64,000 bases of DNA from Paludibacteraceae bacterium (GCA_045587145.1 JAZNBO010000038.1:4275-68274); one strand, 5' to 3'; numbered from the stretch's first letter, positions 44,789 through 54,126 are shown. The notes: generated by a model not told the origin, from the sequence alone. Numbers and translations: made by a program.

Positions 44789-44823
44789 GCAAAGGTAGTG
44801 TTTTTTTTGCAGATATGCAAGAA
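44789..44823 (-). promoter_or_regulatory. Bacteroidota promoter for glyQS
   Basis: Plus-strand CAAAGGTA at 44790-44797; minus-sense CTTGCATATCTGC upstream. Confidence 0.7.
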
Positions 44824-44855
44824 AAGAAGAATTTTCTTTGAAAATCTTACGAATT

Positions 44856-44889
44856 ACTTGTGCATATACGTTTTTTTTTGTAACTTTGC
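44856..44889 (+). promoter_or_regulatory. Bacteroidota promoter for murC-ftsQAZ
   Basis: CTTGTGCATATAC, spacer, then TAACTTTG at 44881-44888. Confidence 0.7.
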
Positions 44890-44923
44890 AGGCTGCTAAA
44901 AATGTGCAGTAAAAAAGAGATAG

Positions 44924-46306
44924 ATGCAATCGGTAGATACATATTACTTCTTGGGTATTGGTGGCATAGGCATGAGTGCTCTGGCTCGCTATTTTGCGGC
45001 TAAGGGTTTTCGTGTTTTGGGCTATGACCGCACTCCTTCGCCTCTGACACAGATGCTCGAAGCAGAGGGGATAGAGGTACAGTACGACGATAGTCTAGAT
45101 AGGGTAAAGCAACTCTCTGGCAACAAGACTATTGTAGTACGCACGCCTGCTGTGCCCGAGGATATGCCGGTATATGTATGGTTACGCGCTAATGGTTTTA
45201 CTATCCTCAAACGGGCTGAAGTATTGGGCTCAATTACCCGTCAGCAGAAAGCCCTCTGTGTGGCTGGTACGCATGGCAAGACGACCACTAGCACCATATT
45301 GGCGCATATACTATATCCATCGCATATCGGCACAAGTGCTTTTCTCGGAGGTATTGCCAATAACTATGACACTAACCTTTTGCTCAGTGCAAAGAGTGAC
45401 TACGTAGTAGTTGAAGCAGATGAGTTTGACCGCTCCTTCCATCACCTTACACCTCATATATCCGTCATCACAAGCATGGACCCTGACCATTTGGATATCT
45501 ACGGCACCGAAGATGCCTATCGTGAGAGTTTTGCGCATTATGCATCGTTGGTGGAAAGTGCATTGGTGGTAAAAAGTAGTGTGAAGTGTAAAGTTGAGAG
45601 TTTAAAGGCAAAGGTTTACACCTACGCGGTGAATGAACAAACTGATTTCTACGCGGACAATGTGCGTATGGAGGACGGGCAGATATATTTTGACTTCCAT
45701 ACCCCTGAGAGTGTCATCAAAGACTTGCAGTTGGGCGTACCTATATGGGTAAATATTGAGAATAGCGTGGCTGCTATGGCTGTAGCATGGCTTGTGGGGG
45801 CTACTGAGGAGGAGTTGCGAGAGGGTGTAAGCAGTTTCGCAGGTGTCTATCGTCGATTCAATATACATCTGAATACACCGCAAGTCACCTATATAGATGA
45901 TTACGCCCATCACCCACAAGAATTGGCTGCTACCATTGAATCGGTTAGGCGATTATATCCCGACCGCTATGTGATAGGCGTTTTTCAACCACACCTATAT
46001 TCTCGCACACAGGACTTTGGAGATGATTTTGCACAAGTATTAGACCGTTTGGATGAGGTGGCGTTGCTGCCCATCTATCCTGCACGTGAACTGCCTATCC
46101 CAGGTGTCACGAGCGAATGGTTATTAGAAAAAATGCAAGTGAAAAGAGCATTGGTATTGCCTTCTATATTGCCCAAATACCTGCGCGAGCGATTGAAGAA
46201 CTGCCTCATAGCGGATAAAAAAGTGGTAGTAATCACCATGGGCGCAGGAGATATAGAACGCCAAGTAAATGAGATAACCCATAAACTAACATATAAAATA
46301 CTTTAA
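44924..46306 (+). CDS. murC: UDP-N-acetylmuramate--L-alanine ligase
   Basis: FLGIGGIGMSALA and AGTHGKTTT motifs. Confidence 0.95.
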   Translation: MQSVDTYYFLGIGGIGMSALARYFAAKGFRVLGYDRTPSPLTQMLEAEGIEVQYDDSLDRVKQLSGNKTIVVRTPAVPEDMPVYVWLRANGFTILKRAEVLGSITRQQKALCVAGTHGKTTTSTILAHILYPSHIGTSAFLGGIANNYDTNLLLSAKSDYVVVEADEFDRSFHHLTPHISVITSMDPDHLDIYGTEDAYRESFAHYASLVESALVVKSSVKCKVESLKAKVYTYAVNEQTDFYADNVRMEDGQIYFDFHTPESVIKDLQLGVPIWVNIENSVAAMAVAWLVGATEEELREGVSSFAGVYRRFNIHLNTPQVTYIDDYAHHPQELAATIESVRRLYPDRYVIGVFQPHLYSRTQDFGDDFAQVLDRLDEVALLPIYPARELPIPGVTSEWLLEKMQVKRALVLPSILPKYLRERLKNCLIADKKVVVITMGAGDIERQVNEITHKLTYKIL

Positions 46307-46308
46307 TT

Positions 46309-47040
46309 ATGAAAATCAGAACTATTATTTCGGTCGTGAGTGCCGTATTGCTGGTAGCAACGCTATCCGTTGTTGCCTGTTGGGCCGCTCAGCGACCTGT
46401 GCAATCACCCTATGCATGGCTCAGGGTGGAGGTTACCGACAGTTTGGACCGTCGGTTTGTAGAGAGTGATGAACTGCGCCGAATGTTGCAGCGCGAAGGA
46501 CTTGTGCCAAAGGGACTATCTATGGAAGAGATTTCTTGTCAAGCCATAGAAGATTGTCTCATGAAACATGATATGGTTCGAACAGCTGAGTGCTTTAAGT
46601 TGGTCAATGGAGGTGTTTGTGTGCGCGTGACTCAGCGTGTGCCTGCTTTGTATGTGATGAGCAACGAGGGCGCGTATTATGTGGATACCGACCGAGAGAT
46701 TATGCCTGTTCGCAGAACGATTGACGTGGAAGTGCCTCGCTTCAAAGGGGCAGTAGGCAAACGTGCTGCTACTGAGGAGTATTTTGATTTTGCTTTGTGG
46801 CTAACCAATGACCGCTATTGGAAATCACGTATCCAAGATGTGCAAGTGGTGAATCCCAAGCATTTGGTACTGATGCAGAAAGACAATAAAGGGAAGATAA
46901 TCTTAGGCGACTTGTCGGAATACGAGAAGAAGATGGCCAAATTGCAAAAGGTATATACCAAGTGTCTTGATGAGATAGGTTACAAAGATTACCGCGAATA
47001 TGACTTGCGTTATAAGGGACAAGTAATTGGAAGGAAGTAA
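46309..47040 (+). CDS. ftsQ: Cell division protein FtsQ
   Basis: Single N-terminal TM plus POTRA-like domain; position between murC and ftsA. Confidence 0.8.
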   Translation: MKIRTIISVVSAVLLVATLSVVACWAAQRPVQSPYAWLRVEVTDSLDRRFVESDELRRMLQREGLVPKGLSMEEISCQAIEDCLMKHDMVRTAECFKLVNGGVCVRVTQRVPALYVMSNEGAYYVDTDREIMPVRRTIDVEVPRFKGAVGKRAATEEYFDFALWLTNDRYWKSRIQDVQVVNPKHLVLMQKDNKGKIILGDLSEYEKKMAKLQKVYTKCLDEIGYKDYREYDLRYKGQVIGRK

Positions 47041-47063
47041 TTTAGAGTTGAAAGGAAAGGATT

Positions 47064-48347
47064 ATGGCAAAAACGAAAATAGAATCAACCGTACCCCACC
47101 CATTGGTGGCTATCGAATTGGGTAGCTACGGAGTGCGCTCAATGGCGGTGGAACGCACTGCCGAAGGTTGGCTACGTGTGTTGGGCGTGGAGGCTTCTAA
47201 TAGGAACACTAGCGTGGAGCGTGGTGTGATAACCAACACAAGCAATGCTAGTTATGGTATCAGCGAGAGCTTGAAATTGCTCGCTAATCGTATTCAGCAC
47301 CCACAACTTACCAAGGCGTTTGTGGCATTAGGAGGGCGCTCAATGAAGGTAGTGGAAGTGGTATCACGCAGAAACCAAGTGCATAAAAAGGAGATACAAC
47401 AGTATCTTCTTGATGAAATGGATGCTGAGTGCAAACAGAAAATAGAAAAGCACAACCCTCAGGTGGCAGTATTAGCATTGATCCCATACGCCTACGTGTT
47501 GGACGGTGTAGCGCAAGATGAAGTGCCAACTCCTACACAAAGGGTTGCGGAAATAGAGGTGAAATATGTGGCATTCGTGGGTGTCAAAGAGTTAGAGCAG
47601 AAGGTACTTGACAGCTTTGTGCGTGTCCCAAAACACATTGAGCATACATACGCCCGTCCCGATGCACTGCTTTGTGCTTTAGCTACCGATGAGGACTTGA
47701 AGAATGGTTGCGCCATTTTAGATATGGGTGCACAGACTACCACCCTCACAGTCTTCAAAGATAATAAGTATGTGTACAATAAAGTTGTTTCGCAAGGCGG
47801 CTATGATGTCACACGCGATATAGAACTTTTAGGTATCAGTTTCGCGTATGCAGAACGCCTGAAATGCAATTATGGTAGTACATTCGTGGAGGAAGGTTCG
47901 GCGAATAGGTGTGTTCGTGTACCCGACCCCAATGCACCCGAGGGGATAGTGGTGTTGCGTTATAGTGATGTGGTGAATGCCATAGTAGGACGTCTCCACC
48001 AAACCTTAGCTCCGCTGATGAGCGATTTGCAGGCATACGAGAATAGTATCGGCGTTCTCTATATCACAGGTGGTGCATCAATGCTTAGCGGTATGCCTGA
48101 GTTTGTACAAGAACAGACTGCTGTTCCTGTCGTGTATGGCTCGCACGCTGCTTGGCTGACCAGTGATACGCCAGACGAGTTTTGTGCGCCTAACTACTCT
48201 TCGCTGATTGGTACGCTTATTTTGGGTGCGCTCTATCGCGACACACACCCTATGGCAGAGCCAGTAGATGACTTGCGCAAACGAATAGAAAAAATCACCA
48301 AGAATGCCCAAACAAGCATCTTGGATATGTTTACAGAACAATACTAA
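47064..48347 (+). CDS. ftsA: Cell division protein FtsA
   Basis: Actin-fold ATPase motifs (IELGSYGVR, DMGAQTTT, ITGGASML). Confidence 0.9.
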   Translation: MAKTKIESTVPHPLVAIELGSYGVRSMAVERTAEGWLRVLGVEASNRNTSVERGVITNTSNASYGISESLKLLANRIQHPQLTKAFVALGGRSMKVVEVVSRRNQVHKKEIQQYLLDEMDAECKQKIEKHNPQVAVLALIPYAYVLDGVAQDEVPTPTQRVAEIEVKYVAFVGVKELEQKVLDSFVRVPKHIEHTYARPDALLCALATDEDLKNGCAILDMGAQTTTLTVFKDNKYVYNKVVSQGGYDVTRDIELLGISFAYAERLKCNYGSTFVEEGSANRCVRVPDPNAPEGIVVLRYSDVVNAIVGRLHQTLAPLMSDLQAYENSIGVLYITGGASMLSGMPEFVQEQTAVPVVYGSHAAWLTSDTPDEFCAPNYSSLIGTLILGALYRDTHPMAEPVDDLRKRIEKITKNAQTSILDMFTEQY

Positions 48348-48368
48348 ATCAACTATAAATCAATAACT

Positions 48369-49622
48369 ATGTACGATGTGATTAACGATTTGGGTTTGGA
48401 GATTACCCAAGATACTATTATCAAAGTGATGGGCGTTGGTGGTGGCGGCTGCAATGCGGTTAACTACTTGTATTCTCAGGGGATAACAGATGTATCTTTT
48501 TTGGTATGCAATACCGATAAACAGTGCTTGAACGGCAGCAGTGTACCTGCTAAATTACAGTTAGGTCCTGGCTGGGGAGCAGGTGGCAAACCCGAAGTAG
48601 CACAGCAGTATGCGGAAGAGAGTCGTGATCGTATCCGCGAAGCGCTCAACGATGGCACACAGATGCTTTTCATTACTGCTGGTATGGGTGGAGGAACAGG
48701 AACTGGTGCCTCATCTATTGTAGCAGAAGTAGCACGTGAGATGAATATCCTCACGGTAGGTATCGTGACTATACCATTCTCTTTTGAGGGACCTGTGAAG
48801 ATTAAAAAGGCTATGACCGGTGTGGCTAAATTGGCAGAACATGTAGATGCTATATTGGTCATCAATAATCAAAAACTCTTGCATATCTACCCTGACTTTT
48901 CGATGCTCAATGCCTTCAAGAAGTCGGATGATGTCGTGGCGAATGCCGCTCGTTCAATAGCGGAGATTATCACTATTCCTGGTTATATCAATACTGACTT
49001 TGCTGATGTCTATAATACGCTCAAAAATGGCAATGTGGCAATTATGAGCGTAGGTAGTGCCAATGGAGAGGAGCGTATCACACAGGCTATTCATGAGGCA
49101 CTACACTCACCGCTAGTCAATAATGATGTGCATGGCGCTAAGCGTATGCTGCTTCAATTGTATTGTTCAGAGGAGCATTTTATCGTGGCTTCGGAGATGG
49201 ATCAAGTACACGCCTTTGTTCATGAGATGGGCGAAGAAGTAGAAGTGCAATGGGGTATCTCGATTGATAATAAACTGGAGGACAAGGTGCGTGTTACAGT
49301 GATAGCTACTGGTTATGAGGTTTCTGATATTCCTGGATTAGACGATGCTGTTGGTAAGAAGACGGTAGAAGAGGCTATTGATAGTTTCTACAAAACTACC
49401 GCTCCTAAAGCGGAAGCACAGGAGGAACCACAACCTGCTGCGCCAGAACCTGTGGTGCTACAAGAAGGGGATATCGTCATTGATTTGACCGAGGATTTAG
49501 AGACCCCTGCGCCTACCGTAGAACAACCACGTTCTGTCTTTACGCCTCCTGCTACGCCAAAAGTTGAACCTAAGAATACAGGTTTATCAGGTATCGCGAG
49601 TTGGATGCGTGGTCGCAGATAG
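48369..49622 (+). CDS. ftsZ: Cell division protein FtsZ
   Basis: GVGGGGCNAVN and tubulin signature GGGTGTG; disordered P/E-rich linker and C-terminal peptide. Confidence 0.95.
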   Translation: MYDVINDLGLEITQDTIIKVMGVGGGGCNAVNYLYSQGITDVSFLVCNTDKQCLNGSSVPAKLQLGPGWGAGGKPEVAQQYAEESRDRIREALNDGTQMLFITAGMGGGTGTGASSIVAEVAREMNILTVGIVTIPFSFEGPVKIKKAMTGVAKLAEHVDAILVINNQKLLHIYPDFSMLNAFKKSDDVVANAARSIAEIITIPGYINTDFADVYNTLKNGNVAIMSVGSANGEERITQAIHEALHSPLVNNDVHGAKRMLLQLYCSEEHFIVASEMDQVHAFVHEMGEEVEVQWGISIDNKLEDKVRVTVIATGYEVSDIPGLDDAVGKKTVEEAIDSFYKTTAPKAEAQEEPQPAAPEPVVLQEGDIVIDLTEDLETPAPTVEQPRSVFTPPATPKVEPKNTGLSGIASWMRGRR

Positions 49623-49641
49623 TGACTGAATAGTTGTCGTT

Positions 49642-50382
49642 ATGTCGCTCCGTTTATTCTCATCTCTTGGGCAGGCGGTATTGGAAGTCCTTTTTCCTAA
49701 TTGTTGTCCTGTTTGCGGAAATAAATTAGTTGATGATGAGCGTGTTGTTTGTAGCGACTGTTTGGCATCAATCCCTCGTACCGAGCATGCTCTATTAGAG
49801 CAAAATGGTATAGACTTACTCTTTTTAGAGTTGATAAATAAAGAAAGACGTACTGTGCGTTATGAGCGCGGTGCGTCTTTTGCATATTATAACCGTGACA
49901 GAGGAATGACTTTGCGCACGCTCATTGAGCGCGGAAAGTATGGTCTTCATCCTAATCCACAAATTTTCTATTTGTTAGGTCGATTAGCAGCGCAGGAGTA
50001 TATTGATGCAGATCTTTTTGATAACGTGGACTATATAGTACCAGTGCCGCTACATACACGCCGTTTGCGTGAACGTGGATTCAATCAGGCGGAGTGGATT
50101 TGCCGTGGTATGAGTGAAGTGCTACATATTCCGATGGATACGGAGCATTTGATTCGCACGCGCAACAATCCCCACCAATCGAAGTCGCAGTTCAGTCAAC
50201 GCAACGAAAATGTGAAGGATATTTTCTCAGTACGTTATCCTGAGGAGTGGAAGGATAAGCATATCCTTCTCGTGGATGACGTCATTACTTCGGGTTCAAC
50301 GGTATTTTCATGTATGCAAAAAATGACGCCTATCCGAGGTTGTCGGATAAGCGTCTTTGCGCTCGGCTGGGCACATAAATAA
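49642..50382 (+). CDS. ComF-family phosphoribosyltransferase-domain protein
   Basis: N-terminal CPVCG...CSDC zinc ribbon; PRT motif ILLVDDVITSGST. Confidence 0.8.
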   Translation: MSLRLFSSLGQAVLEVLFPNCCPVCGNKLVDDERVVCSDCLASIPRTEHALLEQNGIDLLFLELINKERRTVRYERGASFAYYNRDRGMTLRTLIERGKYGLHPNPQIFYLLGRLAAQEYIDADLFDNVDYIVPVPLHTRRLRERGFNQAEWICRGMSEVLHIPMDTEHLIRTRNNPHQSKSQFSQRNENVKDIFSVRYPEEWKDKHILLVDDVITSGSTVFSCMQKMTPIRGCRISVFALGWAHK

Positions 50383-50423
50383 CCTTGCCTTTCGCCTTTA
50401 GCCTTTCGCCTTTAATCTCTTTA
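50383..50423. repeat. CCTTTCGCC array (complement of GGCGAAAGG); supplies the DedA C-terminus KRLKAKG and its stop
   Basis: CCTTGCCTTTCGCCTTTAGCCTTTCGCCTTTAATCTCTTTA. Confidence 0.85.
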
Positions 50424-51153
50424 CCACTGTTTTTACCACGAAGTACACAATGACTATGCCCAGCAGTGCCATAACGGCGATGCTCAGCTCATGACTGTAC
50501 TCATGAATTAGATCCATTTGTCCGTGTGCAATATAACCGAGCAATGCCAAAACAATATTCCAAATACTTGCTCCCAAGAAGGTATAAAAGATAAACTGAC
50601 CAAAGTTCATCTTACTCAGTCCCGCAGGGATACTTATTAGTTGGCGAATACCTGGTATTAGACGTCCTACAAAAGTGGAAATCTTGCCATGATCGTTGAA
50701 ATAGTCCTCTGCTTTCTTCACTTTCTCCGAAGACAACAAACAGAGATGTCCGATCTTGCTATCTGCAAACGCGTAGATGATAGGACGACCGAGCCATAAA
50801 GCTAAAAAGTAGTTGATAATAGCACCGAGCAAAGCACCTATCGTACCGAAGAGTACAATGAGTAGCACATTGAGAGGATAGCTGTTGGTTGCATGCAAAC
50901 TGCTATCTTCTTTCCCTGCTACGTATGCTGCGGGAGGAATAACAATCTCGCTTGGGAAAGGAATAAATGATGATTCTACCGTCATCAATAGCGTGATGCT
51001 CAAATAGTTCATGTTGTTAGCATACCAATTCTCTACTTGCATCACAAGGCTTTCGTCTCGTGGGATTGTAGTAGTGCTGTCATTAACTATTTGCGCATTT
51101 ACGCTAAGGATGGTGGTTGCAAATAATACAAATAAAATAATTACTTTCTTCAT
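50398..51153 (-). CDS. DedA/VTT-domain membrane protein
   Basis: FIPFPSE...PPAAY...GRLIPGIRQLISIPAG motifs. Confidence 0.8.
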   Translation of the reverse strand: MKKVIILFVLFATTILSVNAQIVNDSTTTIPRDESLVMQVENWYANNMNYLSITLLMTVESSFIPFPSEIVIPPAAYVAGKEDSSLHATNSYPLNVLLIVLFGTIGALLGAIINYFLALWLGRPIIYAFADSKIGHLCLLSSEKVKKAEDYFNDHGKISTFVGRLIPGIRQLISIPAGLSKMNFGQFIFYTFLGASIWNIVLALLGYIAHGQMDLIHEYSHELSIAVMALLGIVIVYFVVKTVVKRLKAKG

Positions 51154-51173
51154 GTATAATTTGGATCGTTAAT

Positions 51174-52193
51174 CTATATTTCCCATTGTTCGAGGGTAGT
51201 GGTGAGTTGGTCGAATGTCTTTACCTTACTCTTTTCACGAACTTCATTAATCTGCTGATTGACAGCAGCGTCGTATGCCTCCGTTTCTACGCGGCGAATG
51301 ACACCGAGGGCGATTGGCAATTGGCAATTGGCAATTGGCGATGGGTCTTCTTGTCCCATCATAGCAAGCATGCGATGGAGGGTAGGGTCTTGCAGTGTGG
51401 CATCGTGGGTGAGTACGCGTGGGTCTTCGGCTGGCACTACGATGAGTTGAGGAATCAATCCCTGTGAGTAGTCTAATGCTAAGCCTTTGTCTTTCGCTTT
51501 GCCGAAAATCATTTTTTCTCCATGGCGCAGAATGATACTGCGTTCAGCACGCTCTTCGCGGTCTGCAATCCATGAGTGGGTACCATTGTTGAAAATCACG
51601 CAGTTTACCAAACACTCAATCACACTAGCACCTTTGTGTTGAGACGCCTGTACCATGCAGTCCACTGTGGTAGGCATATCTACGTCCAATGTGCGAGCGA
51701 AGAACGTACCGCGTGCGCCAAATACCAATTCGGCAGGAATAAAGGGACGCTCTACGGTACCAAATGGACTGGACTTGCTGACAAATCCCTTGGGTGAAGT
51801 AGGTGAGTATTGACCTTTGGTCAAACCATAAATGCGGTTGTTGAAGAGGCAGATGTTCAAATCTACATTGCGGCGGATCTCATGGATAAAGTGATTACCA
51901 CCAATAGCGAGGCAGTCGCCATCGCCTGTCATTTGCCAAACGCTGAGTTCTGGGTGGCTGGTTTTTACGCCAGTAGCAATAGCTCCACCGCGACCATGAA
52001 TGGTATTAAAGCCGTAGGTGTTGAGGTAGTGAGGCATACGAGATGAACAACCGATACCTGATATCACGGCTACTTGGTGTGTTGGTACGCCTACTTGTGC
52101 CATGGCTTTTTGTAACGCCATGCAGATAGCATGATCACCACAACCAGGGCAGAACTTTACATATTGATTACTCTTAAATTGACTTGCTTCCAT
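51174..52193 (-). CDS. korB: 2-oxoglutarate/2-oxoacid:ferredoxin oxidoreductase beta (TPP-binding) subunit
   Basis: CPGCGDH and TGDGDCLAIGGNH motifs; ATG 52193 lies 2 nt after the korA stop, so the tracked longer ORF overlaps korA. Confidence 0.85.
   Translation of the reverse strand: MEASQFKSNQYVKFCPGCGDHAICMALQKAMAQVGVPTHQVAVISGIGCSSRMPHYLNTYGFNTIHGRGGAIATGVKTSHPELSVWQMTGDGDCLAIGGNHFIHEIRRNVDLNICLFNNRIYGLTKGQYSPTSPKGFVSKSSPFGTVERPFIPAELVFGARGTFFARTLDVDMPTTVDCMVQASQHKGASVIECLVNCVIFNNGTHSWIADREERAERSIILRHGEKMIFGKAKDKGLALDYSQGLIPQLIVVPAEDPRVLTHDATLQDPTLHRMLAMMGQEDPSPIANCQLPIALGVIRRVETEAYDAAVNQQINEVREKSKVKTFDQLTTTLEQWEI
51309..51345. repeat. GGCAATTG 8-bp array in frame inside korB (encodes SPIANCQLPIA)
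   Basis: GGCGATTGGCAATTGGCAATTGGCAATTGGCGATGGG. Confidence 0.9.
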
Positions 52194-52195
52194 AA

Positions 52196-54049
52196 TTATC
52201 GATTTTGTATAAAGTTGATAATTCTTTTTATGACAAAAGGTTGAGCGGTAATTTCGTTGTATTGCTCCAGATGTAGTCCTTCGAACTTCGAGCGCAAGTA
52301 GGCTGCAAATTGTCCTTGATTGAGCTCGCACACAATCACACGCTTATATTTGCGCAATACCTCTTCTGTGTTAGCAGGTAGTGGGTTGATATAATTGAAC
52401 TGTGCCAATGCGCAACCCGTAGCTTCTGCAGCAGCGTGCAAGTGGCCTTCGGTGCTTCCCCAACCCACGAGCAGTGTGTCGCTATCAGCGTTGCCTTGTA
52501 CTTGTAGCAGAGGTATCTGCTGACCGATCTGTTGTATTTTAGCTTGGCGAATCTTCACCATTCGCTCGTGGTTCTCTGGGTTGGTAGAGATAATACCCTT
52601 CTCTGCATCGCGCTCAAGACCTATATTGCGGTGCTCATACCCTTCCATGCCTGGATACGCCCAATAGCGCACACCGCGCTCATCACGCAATGCAGGGTTA
52701 TAGTTACCTTTGAGTTCCTCGGGTACTCCTTGTGGCTCAATGGTAGGCAGATCACTCAGCTGTGGTATGCGCCAGAGTCCAGTACCATTCGCCAGGAAGG
52801 TGTCAGTCAATAGTACTACAGGCGTCATGTTCTCTAGTGCAATCTTGCAAGCCTGATATGCATAGTCGAAGCAGTTTGCTGATGTGGAGGCAGCTATCAC
52901 CACGGCTGGGCATTCGCCATTGCGTCCGTAGATAGCTTGCATGAGGTCTGTTTGTTCGGTTTTGGTAGGCAGACCCGTAGAAGGTCCACCACGTTGAACA
53001 TCAATAACGACAAGTGGCAACTCTGCCATCACAGCCAATCCGATAGCTTCGCCTTTGAGACTCAGACCTGGACCAGATGTGCTAGTAGCAGCCAAATCGC
53101 CAGCGAAAGCAGCACCGATAGCGGTACATACGCCGGCAATCTCATCTTCAGCTTGTACTACCATTACACCCATATCCTTGCGAGCAGCAAGTTCGTGCAT
53201 AATATCTGTGGCAGGAGTAATAGGGTAGGAACCCAAGAATAGTCGCTTTCCGCATTTTTCTGCTGCGGCGATGAGTCCCCAAGCTGTAGCTTTGTTGCCT
53301 GCGATAGAGGTATATGTGCCTTTTGGGAGCTCGCGGGATTTCTCAACGTTCATGGTTTGGATATTGAGCGCGAGGTTGTTGCCATAGTTATAGCCATCGG
53401 TGAGCACCTTGACATTGGGGGCGATGAGTTGTGGTTTCTTGTGGAATTTGCTCTCCAAAAAAGCAATAGCTTTGTCCACAGGACGGTTGAAAAGCCAACA
53501 AACCAATCCCAATGCAAACATATTTCGCGATTTAAGGATAGACTTATTGTCTAATCCCATGTCCTTGAGGCTATCTTTGGTAAGTTGAGTGAGGGCTACA
53601 GGGATAATCTGTACCGATTCGGGTAATCCCAACTCTGTAAATGGATTGTCGGTTTGATAGAGTGCTTTCTCCAAATCTTTAGCAGAAAGAGAGTCGGTGT
53701 CCACGATAATGACAGCATCGCGTTTGAACATCGAATCGCTGGCTTCCCACTTTGCGCCTGCTTGGTTGAATTTGCTACCTAAGGCACATACTTTGAGGGC
53801 AGCAGCGTTCATGGCTACTAACACATCGGCTTGATCACCAGGGGTATAGACACCCGTACCTAATTGAACTTGGAAACCGCTGACACCACCCAAAGTGCCT
53901 TGAGGGGCGCGAATTTCGGCAGGAAAATCGGGCAGCGTACTAATCTCGTTGCCTAGTATTGCACTCAATGAGGAGAACATTGTACCGGTAAGTTGCATAC
54001 CGTCTCCTGAGTCACCGCAAAAGCGGATTACTATACGTTGTTTTTGCAT
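52196..54049 (-). CDS. korA: 2-oxoglutarate/2-oxoacid:ferredoxin oxidoreductase alpha subunit
   Basis: 617 aa; N-terminal gamma-like domain fused to the alpha (pyrimidine-binding) domain; GSYPITPAT motif. Confidence 0.85.
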   Translation of the reverse strand: MQKQRIVIRFCGDSGDGMQLTGTMFSSLSAILGNEISTLPDFPAEIRAPQGTLGGVSGFQVQLGTGVYTPGDQADVLVAMNAAALKVCALGSKFNQAGAKWEASDSMFKRDAVIIVDTDSLSAKDLEKALYQTDNPFTELGLPESVQIIPVALTQLTKDSLKDMGLDNKSILKSRNMFALGLVCWLFNRPVDKAIAFLESKFHKKPQLIAPNVKVLTDGYNYGNNLALNIQTMNVEKSRELPKGTYTSIAGNKATAWGLIAAAEKCGKRLFLGSYPITPATDIMHELAARKDMGVMVVQAEDEIAGVCTAIGAAFAGDLAATSTSGPGLSLKGEAIGLAVMAELPLVVIDVQRGGPSTGLPTKTEQTDLMQAIYGRNGECPAVVIAASTSANCFDYAYQACKIALENMTPVVLLTDTFLANGTGLWRIPQLSDLPTIEPQGVPEELKGNYNPALRDERGVRYWAYPGMEGYEHRNIGLERDAEKGIISTNPENHERMVKIRQAKIQQIGQQIPLLQVQGNADSDTLLVGWGSTEGHLHAAAEATGCALAQFNYINPLPANTEEVLRKYKRVIVCELNQGQFAAYLRSKFEGLHLEQYNEITAQPFVIKRIINFIQNR

Positions 54050-54076
54050 GGTTGTTGTTAATTTTAAAAAAACGCT

Positions 54077-54112
54077 GCAAAATTACTACTTTTTTTGCAA
54101 ATATGCAAATTT
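54077..54112 (-). promoter_or_regulatory. Bacteroidota promoter for korAB
   Basis: Plus-strand CAAAATTA at 54078-54085 (minus-sense TAATTTTG); -33 lies within the palindromic TTTGCAAATATGCAAA. Confidence 0.65.
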
Positions 54113-54126
54113 TTTATTACCTTTGC
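54094..54126 (+). promoter_or_regulatory. Bacteroidota promoter for lepA
   Basis: TTTGCAAATATGCAAAT, spacer, then TACCTTTG at 54118-54125. Confidence 0.7.
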
